DNA of 64,000 bases. Source: Octopus vulgaris (taxonomy: Eukaryota). This document shows positions 12,496-24,337 of this stretch, in pieces. A program made the translations under genes and the position numbers. The stretch covers positions 135,408,001 to 135,472,000 of the forward strand of contig OX597817.1 of NCBI GenBank assembly GCA_951406725.2, read 5' to 3'. Every line of letters begins with the position of its first letter. The first letter of the stretch is position 1. The notes below the pieces were generated by a model. The model ran no database searches. It was not told the origin of the DNA and was given only the letters and a program-made list of their open reading frames with translations.

Positions 12496-13266
12496 TTTTC
12501 GTTGTGCTTATTGTCCTGTATCTCCTTTTTTTTTTTGCTTGTCTTGTTCCTTGGTTTGTGTCTATGTTTTTCGTCTCTCTATGTGTTCGACGTCCCTTTG
12601 GTGTCCTGTACACATATATGCGTGTATATGTACATGTAGAGGTAGGTACGTACATATATGTTTATATATATGCATATATTTTATTAACATATTATACGAC
12701 TAAACGCACGCACCCTATTAAGTAAGATTGTTCTGTTTATCAAGTTCGCCTTGATATTAACTCTCACGCGACTCTGCATCTTTCTTTCTTTCTCTCCCAT
12801 TCCCTTTTTCGTCTTTTTTCCCTCACTTAACTTGTCTCTTCCTCTCTCTCTCCCCCTCACTGTTCTTCATGGTCTCCTCGCACCATTCCCCTTCTTCTCT
12901 CTCTTCCTCTTGCTCCTCCTCCCCCATTCCCGTCGTCCATCTGCGACGTACTTCCGTCGTAACTGCTATCCCGTCTCTTCTCACCTGCCTTCTAAGGCCA
13001 CTGGTCGACATCTTCCTCTCTCGTCGTCCACTATAATCCAGCGTTTGCAATACTTTTTTCGTCTGGCGTTAACAGCCCTTCTTATCTTGTTCTCCTTGTC
13101 CTGTCTCTCACTGTTATATATTTATTTTTCCACTGTTTATATATATATTTTTTACTGTTTATATGTTTGTACTGTCGTTACCGTCTTGCTTTTTTTACCC
13201 CTCTGCGACAAGATCTCAGAATTTTAATTGATTTGCTTTTCGCAGGAAGGAATTTTTCATTCGAAG

Positions 13267-13332
13267 TATACGTCTCGCTTTTATCCTTTGAAACGTTTAG
13301 TAGATGAAACTTTAGCGACTGAAGAAGGGGAT
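13267..13332 (+). ncRNA. Candidate reversed-order hammerhead ribozyme (family A, copy 2)
   Basis: Identical to 12430-12495. Confidence 0.6.
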
Positions 13333-13516
13333 TTTTCGTTGTGCTTATTGTCCTGTATCTCCTTTTTTTGCTTGTCTTGTTCCTTGGTTTGTGTCTATGT
13401 TTTTCGTCTCTCTATGTGTTCGACGTCCCTTTGGTGTCCTGTACACATATATGCGTGTATATACATGTAGAGGTAGGTACGTACATATATGTTTATATAT
13501 ATGCATATATTTTATT

Positions 13517-13558
<42 letters not shown>

Positions 13559-13616
13559 TAATGCATATATATATATGCATATACATATGCATGTATATAA
13601 TGTATGTATAAGTCTG

Positions 13617-13662
<46 letters not shown>

Positions 13663-13689
13663 AACCTTATATAATGAATATATGTGTAA

Positions 13690-13725
<36 letters not shown>

Positions 13726-13809
13726 TACATGTATATGTGTGTGTGTAGGGAGATGTATCTGAGACTGTTTCAGGATGGGTGTGTATATGTGTGTGTGTGT
13801 ATATATATG

Positions 13810-14614
13810 CTTTGTTTTCCATTTGTGTCTCGTTGTAAGAAAGAATAGTTCATGTTCCAGGTACTCGTACTTCGTACTTTTTTGCTGTAAACGTTTCATG
13901 ACGTCCTGTGCCCACATATGCATGTATATATATGTATACGTATAGAGGTAATTATGTATATATACTAATGTATATATACATATATATATATTATTCATAT
14001 TATTATATGACTGAACGCCACTTCTAAGTAAGTTTTATTTTAATAATTCTGATGCGCACTCTATTCGATCTTTTTACTCTTTCGTTTTCCTCTCTCTTAT
14101 TCTTTTACTTCCTCTTCTCCCACTATTCTATCCTATTACTCTGTCATTCTCACTACCTCACTCCGCCTCCCTTGCTCAGGTGGCTCCCACGTGGCCATCG
14201 GTCATCTTTCTTTCTTTCTCTCCGTTGTAACTGGAACAAGGAAGACATGTTCTTGTTTGTTCTCCTGTCCAAGCTCGATTTACGCGTTCGCCACCACCAC
14301 CTCATTTAGGCTTAGCAGCCCTTCCTGTTTGTTTTCACTGTCCTGTTTGTGTTACCAATTTTGACCCTCAGCAAAATCCCAAATTTTATTTAGTTTGCTT
14401 TGCGGCAGCAACTGTTTTATCGAAAGTATATATTGTTGTTAAATGCTCGAAATACGAGACTAGACAAATAGCCAATATCTGATGAAGGGTCGTTGTTTAT
14501 GTTTGTTTTGCCCCATTTGTGTCTTTCGTTTTTCGAAAGAATATTTCATGTTCTATGTACTCATGCTTCGTGCTTTTTTGTTGTACACGTTTCATGACGT
14601 CTTGTGTCCACATA

Positions 14615-14618
<4 letters not shown>
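13810..14618 (+). mobile_element. ORF-less PLE-like element family B: partial tandem (about 700-bp unit) in (TA)n
   Basis: 13810-13925 repeats about 14510-14618; unit start tattatatgactgaacgc resembles family A attatacgactaaacgc; homologous to 33535-34045. Confidence 0.7.
14426..14490 (+). ncRNA. Candidate reversed-order hammerhead (family B, partly decayed)
   Basis: gtataT A ttgttg - ttaaat - gctc GAA atacg - 16 nt - caatat CTGATGA a gggt. Confidence 0.5.
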
Positions 14619-14661
<43 letters not shown>

Positions 14662-14704
14662 TTATAGATGTAAGTATGTACATATATGTATGTATATATG
14701 CATA

Positions 14705-14990
14705 TCTATATATATATAAAACTGAGAATGTGTATCTGTCTGTCTGTGTGAAACCCTAAAACTTGAGAACTACACAACCAATTTCATTCAAATTTTACAC
14801 ATGCCTTACTTAGGGTCCATGTAGTGTCATGGGCAAATAACTTTTTAACTTCTTGCCTATGGCGATCCCACAGCAATATCATATCTTCTCCACTATTTCA
14901 GTAATACGTGTTAAAAGTGAAACAAAAACATCTTTCTATTGTAATGTCAGATACTTTCACTTTAATACTGAAACTATTATACAACAGGGA
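14705..14990 (+). mobile_element. Probable non-autonomous Helitron 5' end
   Basis: TCtatatatatataaaactgagaatgtgtatctgtctgtctg...actacacaaccaatttcattcaaattttacac resembles invertebrate Helitron 5' termini; no 3' CTRR end found. Confidence 0.55.
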
Positions 14991-15384
14991 TGAACCATTA
15001 ACAGTGGACATCCATTTTGCTAGAAGAAGATCCGCTATAGTCTTATATACTATACCACTGGTTTTCAATTCATATTAATCAAATTAACATTCAATTTTTC
15101 ACCCTTATTATTTTAAATTTAAATTTACATTATATACATATATATATATATATATATATAGATGTATATATAGATGTATATATATGGATGCATATATATA
15201 TATATATAGATGTATATATATGGATGTATATATATATACATGTAAATATATGGATGTATATATATATATATATATACATGTATATATATATATGTATATA
15301 TATATACATGTATATGTATAGCTGTATATATATATATATATATGTATAGATATAGATGTATATGTATACATGTATGTGTAGATG

Positions 15385-15432
<48 letters not shown>

Positions 15433-15536
15433 TGTACATGTAATATGTACACATATATATACACATATATACATGCATACATATATACACCCATACACAC
15501 ACACACACCCACATACACACATACACACACATACAT

Positions 15537-15860
15537 AGGTGCAGGTGTGGCTGTGTGGTAACAAACTTGGTTCCAAAACACATGGCCTCAGTTCAGTCCC
15601 ACTGTGTGGTAACTTGGCATGTGTCTTCTGCTGTAGCCTCAGACCAACCAAAGCCTTGTCAGTGGATTTTGTAGACAGAAACTGAAAGAAATCAATTGTA
15701 TATATATGTATGTATATATGTAAGTCTATGTGTGTGTGTCTTTGTGTTTCTCCCTCATTACTGCTTCACAACTACTGTTCGCTTATTTACATCCCCATAA
15801 CTTACTGGTTTCAAAGAAGAACCTGATAGAATAAGTACCAGGCTTATCAAAATAAAAATA
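15537..15860 (+). mobile_element. tRNA-derived SINE family 1
   Basis: ggtgcaggtgtggctgtgtggtaa (A box), agttcagtccc (B-box-like), body aaagccttgtcagtggattt. Confidence 0.85.
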
Positions 15861-15920
15861 CCACTAGGCAGTGTCTCATATTTTTGTTTGCCCACTCAGT
15901 TGTATCTATCAATTTATCTT

Positions 15921-16016
<96 letters not shown>

Positions 16017-16152
16017 CATGCATATATATATATAAATATATATATATGTGGATTTCGTAGACAGGAACTGAAACAAATCAATCGTATATATATGTATGTA
16101 TATATGTAAGTGTATGTGTGTGTCACGCATCCTCTTCCAAACAAGTTTTACC

Positions 16153-16190
<38 letters not shown>

Positions 16191-16199
16191 TATATTTAT

Positions 16200-16302
<103 letters not shown>

Positions 16303-16327
16303 CACGCACAACACACACACACACACA

Positions 16328-16895
16328 CAGGTGTAGCTCTGTGGTAAGAAGTTTGCTTCCCACCCGCATGGTTCTAGGTTCGTTCCCACAAAGTGACACC
16401 TTGGCAAATCTCTTCTGCTATAGATCCGGGTCGATCAAAACCTTGTGTGTAGTTTTGATAGACGGAAACTGAAAGTAACCCATAGTATACGTATACATAT
16501 GTGTATATATGTATATGTCTATGCGGTGGGTGGTATGCCGCTGTTTGCACACCACCCCAGCTTCGTAACTATCGTTGGTTGTTTACGTCCCCGTAACTTA
16601 GCGGTTCGTCAGAAAATATCCGATAACATAAGTACCAAGTTTAGGGAAAACAATAAATGCTGAAATCGATTGTTCGACTGAAGGCGGTACTCCAGCATGG
16701 TCGCAATGTAATGATTGCAACATGTAAATGTTAAATATACGACAGGCTTCCGCAGTCTTTCTCTATTCGCATTCTGTTGCTATACCCAAGGCCATAGTAA
16801 AAAGCACTTGCCCAAGGTACCGCGTAGTGGGACTGAACCCGAGACAATCTAGTAGCAGGACGAGTTTCTTAACCTCATAGCCATTCTTCCGCCTG
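16328..16895. mobile_element. Two SINE family 1 copies: + strand 16328-16735, then partial - strand 16738-16895
   Basis: Head ggtgtagctctgtggtaagaag, tail ggcggtactccagcatggtcgca; then an inverted head fragment. Confidence 0.8.
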
Positions 16896-17314
16896 TCTTT
16901 TACCATTTATTCTTTCCTGAAAAAGTAATGGGTGCGTTTGGTGCGTTGGAAATCATAGCAAGTAATTTAAAAAAAAGCTGTTGGTTCTTTTGTTATTTGT
17001 AGCTTTTCTTTTTTTTTTTTAGGTCTTCGAATCCGTCCTCACATATTTTCGATCTGTTTCAAGATTCTATTAATTCGATATTCACAAAATAGAATCAAAT
17101 TCTGAAGAATGTGTCATCGAATAAATCCAATGCGAAATTGCAGTGGGTCTGAAGAAATTAATGGAATTTAGAAATTCATTAAGTTACAATTTGATTCTTT
17201 CGTTGTCTTATGTATGAGCTATGGTGGCCACGGCCAGACTGGTGCAGCGCCGATAATAAATTCTACTTTATATTGCTGTTGCTGTCCTCGTTTCCTTTTA
17301 ACCATTTGTGTTTT

Positions 17315-17640
17315 AATTGTTTCCACTCGTTATGCTGCGACCATGCTGGGGCACCGCTTTGGAGAATTTTTTTCAATCGAATGAATTGATCCCAGCACTA
17401 ATTTTTTTTAAGCCTGGTACTTATTCTATTGATGACTTTTACCGAATAGCTAAGTTATGGGATGTAAACACACCAACACCGGTTGTCAAACGATGGTAGG
17501 GACAAACGTAGACACAGGCACACACACACACTCGCGCGCATACACACGAACACATACATATACACACATACATACATACATACATACATACATACATACA
17601 TACATACATACATACATACATACATACAGCCACGCCCTTC
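17315..17640 (-). mobile_element. SINE family 1, 3' half with (CATA)n
   Basis: gcgaccatgctggggcaccgc...agcctggtacttattctat...caccaacaccggttgtcaa. Confidence 0.8.
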
Positions 17641-17886
17641 ACCTGTTGTATATTTTCTCAAGTCTATTTTCTTCATGTTTGCTGATAACGGATCAAGGGA
17701 TGAGCGAATTCACAAAGGGTGTGTTTCTCCTGGGATAACCTCGAGGAAAGAACGAAGATGCTAAAAAGCAGGACTTTCAAATAAAGAAACTCTTCTTTCA
17801 GTTCAAATACGTTTGGGATATATTTGGTCTGTTAAAAAAAGGGACATTTTCCCTGCAGCTTAGCGTGGAGAATATTCTCGCTTTAA

Positions 17887-18104
17887 CCCTTTGGCATTTA
17901 AACCGAACATATCAGGCCCAAACATTTTATCTATTTTATATTCAAACTGGACAGTTTAGGCCACTCACACCTAGCCTACAGTGTTATTCTAAAAATAAAC
18001 AATCACATCGTGGAAATCTCGAAGCTGTGACATAATGCATAATTAGTTCAAAACAATGTGAATCAATAAGCATTACATTTGACAGCAATTCGAATGCTGA
18101 AGGG
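17887..18104. mobile_element. piggyBac-like MITE
   Basis: TTAA|ccctttggcatt ... aatgctgaaggg|TTAT; second copy at 62411-62623. Confidence 0.75.
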
Positions 18105-18689
18105 TTATGTAAGAGATGTAGAACATCAAAGTCATTTCGAACGCTTCCTATTGACTAATATAGGTATTTCGTGCGCTTTATGCTCTCATCAGTATCAGAT
18201 AACAAAGCAAAATGAAAATGGCTTTTCTACAGGTTAAATATATCCTGAACCTGATCGAAAGGTTTGTTTGTTTATTTCACAATACTGCTTCGCGTGCCAA
18301 CCATGTACCATTAAGCGTTTTATTGAAAATGTTAAGTTAAACAGCTGTGATTCTGTCTAGATAGAAGAGGGATCCTGGTTCAAATAAAATGAACACATTG
18401 AGTTTTTTTTTTATTTTAAAAATATTCCAGGCATTCTTTGATAGCGGTTTTAGTTTACTTCAATTACAATCATGGATTAGAATGTTTTTTTATTCCTTAG
18501 TCAGGAGGGAAGGCATTGCTTATAATCCTTCTAGGGGGCCTCCAATATTGGTACGAAGAGAGCGAAGAAGTTATCCTCAAATTAGTGTCCTGGATCAAAT
18601 ACTTGCACCGAGTGGGGTCCGCTAAAGGCACTCATGGCACCGGGTGAGGGCGATAAACTGAATGACGGATAAAGACTACCACCCAAGTA

Positions 18690-18926
18690 AACCAAAGTAA
18701 AACTTTAACTCAGAAACAGCCAGAACAAATACCGCAAGGCATCCCGCTCAACATTCTAACAGTTTCGCTAATCCACTGCCTTGAATTAGTTCTATTTTCA
18801 TCGCCCTAGGAGGATGAAATGCAAAGCTGACGTCGATCGGATTTGAATTCAGTGCATAGAGAGCTGGAATAAATATCACAAAGTATTTTTCCCGACTCTC
18901 TAACGACTCTGCCAATTGGCCGCCTC
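18690..18926 (-). mobile_element. Old degenerate SINE family 2 relatives (two fragments)
   Basis: ggatgaaatgcaaagctgacgtcgatcggatttgaattcag...ctctgccaattggccgcct resembles the reverse complement of the family 2 head. Confidence 0.6.
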
Positions 18927-19129
18927 ACAAAACAATAACTTTGTTCCGTGTTGAAGATAGTTTTTACATTCAAACATGACACTGGACATGACCAACTCAT
19001 AGATGACATGGCAACTCGAAGTGAACATTCAACAAAACAAATCATCCATCCATTTATCTCCGTCCACTATTCCTGGCTGTGTTGTACCATCCTGGCTGTA
19101 CCATCGGGTACTATCAGAAGAAACTGTCA

Positions 19130-19520
19130 TTACACTTTCCGGCTGGATTTCCAAGTATGACTAAATAACACCGTGGATATTATCCCATCATCTCGTTCTG
19201 ATCCACCCTTGGGACTCCCACTCGTTGATTCAGTTTGAAGACTCTGTTTTACAATTCTTTCTTCCGACATTCTAATCAAATGTCCGTAATACAGGAGCTG
19301 TGACCTCGCGATGCGGAAACGTATCAGCTGGGACGTGGAGAAACTCCCTGATCTCCGAGCTACGCATCCTTTCGAGTAACGTTCCTCCAGAAATCCTTCA
19401 GAGGAGCCCCATTTCGGCTGCTTCTATCCACGGTCGTGTTCTTTGGGTCATTATCAATCATTCGTGAACATAGAAGAGGATAAACACGAAATCCGAACTG
19501 AAGATAACGAGTTTGACATT
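19130..19520 (-). mobile_element. RTE-clade LINE C-terminal fragment
   Basis: IEAAEMGLL*RISGGTLLERMRSSEIRE and SQLLYYGHLIRMSEERIVKQ, typical of RTE ORF ends. Confidence 0.8.
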
Positions 19521-20184
19521 TTTACCAAAACAGTTATAACAGGACAATCACAAAGGAAATTAATCAAGGAAGACTTAACAGAATAGAATCACAAGATCGT
19601 GTTGAGGTTTCCATATTCAACAAGAATTCTTACACATCAACAAACATCAGTGGTTTTTTACCAGAAAGTTTTGTTGTGTGTGTGTGTTGTTGCGTTCACA
19701 TCACACTTTTTTCACAACAGAGTTGCCATCTGTTTCCGTCTACAAAATTTCAATGTGCAAATCAATCATATGGGTTTTATATTAAATATTATTCGTCTAG
19801 CGATCATACTAATTCGCTTTGAGGTCGTCTTTTGTGGCGCATTCGAAAATATCATTTTTCTGCAACACTCGGTTCTTTCACTGTGCTCTTGTATTCAATT
19901 ACATCTTTTTTTTTTTTATCATTCTTAAACAATTCTTCGTGTTTTCTTTAATAAATACCGTTTTCATTTCTTTCGCATACCGATCTTTCTTTTTTTAATT
20001 TTTATCAATAACCTAAAAATCTGCCAATTATAATGTTATTATAAATCTATGCACGTGTGTGTGACTGTGTATGTGACTCTGTGTGTGTGTATGTGTGTGT
20101 GTAAACATGTGTGTTTAAGGATTTAGTTTATGATATATATTTTATGTTGTTTTGCTAAAGTCAAATGAAAGAACAGGCTGATAT

Positions 20185-20250
<66 letters not shown>

Positions 20251-20261
20251 ATATATGTATG

Positions 20262-20319
<58 letters not shown>

Positions 20320-20397
20320 TGTATGTATGCATAAATTTTAGTCGATGTATCTGTATATATAACATATACATATACGTATGTGTGAGTGCTTGTATAC

Positions 20398-20444
<47 letters not shown>

Positions 20445-20741
20445 CATACATACATACATACATACATACATACATACATACATACATACATACACCCACG
20501 GACCACAATTTAATATATATGGATATATAATTATGCGTGCCTACGCATTCGTACACCTATACATTCTCACATAGATATATGTGTACATGCATACATATTC
20601 ATGTATACATATATGTGTGTGTGTATGTGCCTGTGCGCGTGTGTAAATGTAAAACTATGCACAAATGAGGATCTGCATATGCATAAATATATGTGTATAT
20701 TAATGTACATATATTTATGTACATGCATATATATGTATATA

Positions 20742-20792
<51 letters not shown>

Positions 20793-20913
20793 ATACATAT
20801 ATATATATACGTACATGTATGTATGTATATATGTTTATATATGTGTGCATATATATATGTATATATATATATATGTACATACACATATATATATGTATAT
20901 ATATATATTATAT

Positions 20914-20958
<45 letters not shown>

Positions 20959-21050
20959 ATTATATATATATTATATATATATATATATAATATGTGTGTG
21001 TATGTGTGTGCGCGTGTGTGTGTGTGTGCGCGCGCGCGTGTGTGTGTGTA
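20185..21050. repeat. Large compound TA/TG/TACA microsatellite block
   Basis: Directly visible. Confidence 0.95.
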
Positions 21051-21527
21051 TGATCGGTCCTTTCTTTCACTTAACTTAAGGAAAACAATTGCTGCTTATT
21101 GATGAACGAAAATGGCTGCCTTACATTATCGCTTCATTGAAATTGATAAATAGACAGAGTTGTTGTTGATGTTGTTGTTATTGTTGTTGTTGTTGTTGTT
21201 TTTTTTGAAAAAAACAAAACTAAAGCAAAAACCAAAAATTTGAAAAGAAATTGAAAACGAACACCTAAGATGGCGGCCAGGAAGAGATTGCATTGCAGTG
21301 AAAATGTAAACTTTATAAATAAACTAAAATTGAATAAGAACATCAACGTCAAAAGCTAACAGGATATAATAATCTTTTAATCTATGTTCTATGTACAGCG
21401 ATCTTACATTCAACAGAGCTAAGTCTGCTGTTATTACTCGCCGCCGTTACCATTTTCTTTTTCTTTTTTTTTTCTTTTTGTTTTTTCGTTGTCTTCTAAA
21501 GAAAGGAGCTTGGTAATATCGGTCGAA

Positions 21528-23213
21528 AGCCGGGCGAAGAACTGGCAGAAACGTTAGCATGCCGGGCGAAATGCTTAGCGGTATGTCGTCTGCCGTTACG
21601 TTCTGAGTTCAAATTCCGCCGAGGTCGACTTTGCCTTTCATCTTTTCGAGGTCGATTAAATAAGTACCAGTTACGCACTGGGGTCGATATAATCGACTTA
21701 GCCCGTTTATCTGTCCTTGTTTGTCCTCTCTGTGTTTAGCCCCTTTTGGGTAGTAAAGAAATAGGTATTTCGTCTGTCTTTACATTCTGAGTTCAAATTC
21801 CGCCAAGGTCGACTTTGCCTTTCATCCTTTCAGAGTCAATTAAATAAGTACCAGGTACGCACTGGGGTTGATATAATCGACTTAGCCCGTTTGTCTGTCC
21901 TTGTTTGTCCTCTCTGTGTTTAGCCCCTTGTGGGTAATAAAGACATAGGTATTTCGTCTGTCTTTACATTCTGAGTTCAAATTCCGCTGAGGTCGACTTT
22001 GCCTTTCATCCTTTCAGAGTCAATTAAATAAGTACCAGTTACGCACTGAGGTCGATATAATCGACTTAGTCCGTTTATCTGTCCTTGTTTGTCCCCTCTG
22101 TGTTTAGCCCCTTGTGGGTAATAAAGAAATACGTATTTCGTCTGTCTTTACATTCTAAGTTCAAATTCCGCCGAGGTCGACTTTGCCTTTCATCTTTTCG
22201 AGGTCGATTAAATAAGTACCAGTTACGCACTGGGGTTGATATAATCGACTTAGCCCGTTTATCTGTCCTTGTTTGTCCCCTCTGTGTTTAGCCCCTTGTG
22301 GGTAATAAAGAAATAGGTATTTCGTCTGTCTTTACATTCTGAGTTCAAATTCCGCTGAGGTCGACTTTGCCTTTCATCCTTTCAGAGTCAATTAAATAAG
22401 TACCAGGTACGCACTGGGGTTGATATAATCGACTTAGCCCGTTTGTCTGTCCTTGTTTGTCCTCTCTGTGTTTAGCCCTTGTGGGTAATAAAGACATAGG
22501 TATTTCGTCTGTCTTTACATTCTGAGTTCAAATTCCGCTGAGGTCGACTTTGCCTTTCATCCTTTCAGAGTCAATTAAATAAGTACCAGTTACGCACTGA
22601 GGTCGATATAATCGACTTAGTCCGTTTATCTGTCCTTGTTTGTCCCCTCTGTGTTTAGCCCCTTGTGGGTAATAAAGAAATAGGTATTTCGTCTGTCTTT
22701 ACATTCTGAGTTCAAATTCCGCTGAGGTCGACTTTGCCTTTCATCCTTTCAGAGTCAATTAAATAAGTACCAAGTTACGCACTGGGGTTGATATAATCGA
22801 CTTAGCCCGTTTGTCTGTCCTTGTTTGTCCTCTCTGTGTTTAGCCCCTTGTGGGTAGTAAAGAAATAGGTATTTCGTCTGTCTTTACATTCTGAGTTCAA
22901 ATTCCGCCAAGGTCGACTTTGCCTTTCATCCTTTCAGAGTCAATTAAATAAGTACCAGTTACGCACTGGGGTCGATATAATCGACTTAGCCCGTTTGTCT
23001 GTCCTTGTTTGTCCTCTCTGTGTTTAGCCCTTGTGGGTAATAAAGACATAGGTATTTCGTCTGTCTTTACATTCTGAGTTCAAATTCCGCCAAGGTCGAC
23101 TTTGCCTTTCATCCTTTCAGAGTCAATTAAATAAGTACCAGTTACGCACTGGGGTTGATATAATCGACTTAGCCCGTTTGTCTGTCCTTGTTTGTCCTTT
23201 CTGTAAAGAAATA
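21528..23213 (+). mobile_element. SINE family 2 concatemer: one head plus 9 tandem about 184-bp bodies
   Basis: Units start ggtatttcgtctg at about 21580, 21764, 21948, 22132, 22316, 22499, 22683, 22868, 23051; 16-bp TSD ggtaatat(c/a)ggtcgaa at 21512-21527 and 23214-23229. Confidence 0.92.
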
Positions 23214-23324
23214 GGTAATATAGGTCGAATACTAAATAAAATATATTGGGTTGTCAGATAAATTCGTTCGTTTTTTATCTACATTGTTGTGTGTCTGAAA
23301 TGAGGTGAAATTTATTCAAATTTC

Positions 23325-23469
23325 AAGTGTGATTAGAAGTTTTCTTACCCAAGCACATGGCTCCGGGTTCAGTCCCACTATGTGGCACCTTGAGAAAGTT
23401 TCTTTTGTTATAGCTTTGGCCCGACCGAAGCTTCCTGATTGGATTAGGCACACGGAAGAAACCTGCTGT

Positions 23470-23548
<79 letters not shown>

Positions 23549-23822
23549 CGTGCGTGTGTGTGTGCGTGCGTGTGTGTGCGTGCGTGTGTGTGCGTGCGTG
23601 TGTCTGCGTGTGTGCGTGCGTGTTTGCCCCCAAACCCCACTTCATCGCCGCTTGACAATCGGTGTTGGTACGTTAACGTCCCGGTAAAGTAGCGGTTTGG
23701 CAAAATGAAAACGATAAAATAAGTACTGGAATCGATTCACTCAATTTAAAGTTATTCAATGCGGTGCCCCAGCATGGCCGCAGTCTAATGACTGAAATAA
23801 GCAAAAGATTAAAGATAAAAGA
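23325..23822 (+). mobile_element. tRNA-derived SINE family 1 with long internal (GT)n
   Basis: ccgggttcagtcccactatgtggcacc; tail gcggtgccccagcatggccgcagtctaatgactgaaa. Confidence 0.85.
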
Positions 23823-23929
23823 TGTAACGGAGAAATAGAAGTGGAAAAAAATAATCCTAAAGCACTCTGATGAATTATCGTGTTAATTCGAATAACATTG
23901 GAATGGATTAAATCGGCGATTGCCAGCCA

Positions 23930-23991
23930 GGATCCATTTGATCCTCGGGGGTCCATATAACCCTTGGGGTCCATTTGACCCTCGGGGGTCC
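23930..23991 (+). repeat. Short tandem repeat, about 20-bp unit x3 (ggtccatttgaccctcggg)
   Basis: Directly visible. Confidence 0.8.
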
Positions 23992-24039
23992 TTACAAGGA
24001 TTTTGTAGTTGATGTACTTCTTTCATTTTTTTATTTTAT

Positions 24040-24337
24040 TCTTTTACATGTTTCAGTCATTTGACTGCGGCCATGCTGGAGCTCCGCCTTTAATCGAACA
24101 AATTGACCCCGGGACTTATTTTTTGTAAGCCTAGTAATTATTCTATCGATTTCTTTTGCCGAACCGCTAAGTTACGGAGACGTAAACATACCAACCTCGG
24201 TTGTCAAGCGATGGTGGGGGGACAAAACACACAAATGCATACATACATATATGACAGGTTTCTTTTAGTTTCCCTCTACCAAATCCACTCACAAGACTTT
24301 GGTCAGCCCGAGGCTATAGTACAAAACACTTGCCCAA
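24040..24337 (-). mobile_element. SINE family 1, headless, fused to the LINE remnant
   Basis: Close match to 27553-27890 up to ...cacttgcccaa, then abrupt switch to RT sequence. Confidence 0.88.

Larger units (their letters stand above)
12188..13521 (+). mobile_element. ORF-less PLE-like element family A: partial tandem (5'-truncated copy plus about 830-bp unit) inside microsatellites
   Basis: 12188-12690 is nearly identical to 13026-13521; flanked by (CA)n and (TA)n; each copy has hammerhead core motifs. Confidence 0.75.

Noticed and set aside
21580-23213. Regular array resembling CRISPR or a tRNA gene cluster
   Set aside because: No unique spacers and no cloverleaf; units are SINE bodies.
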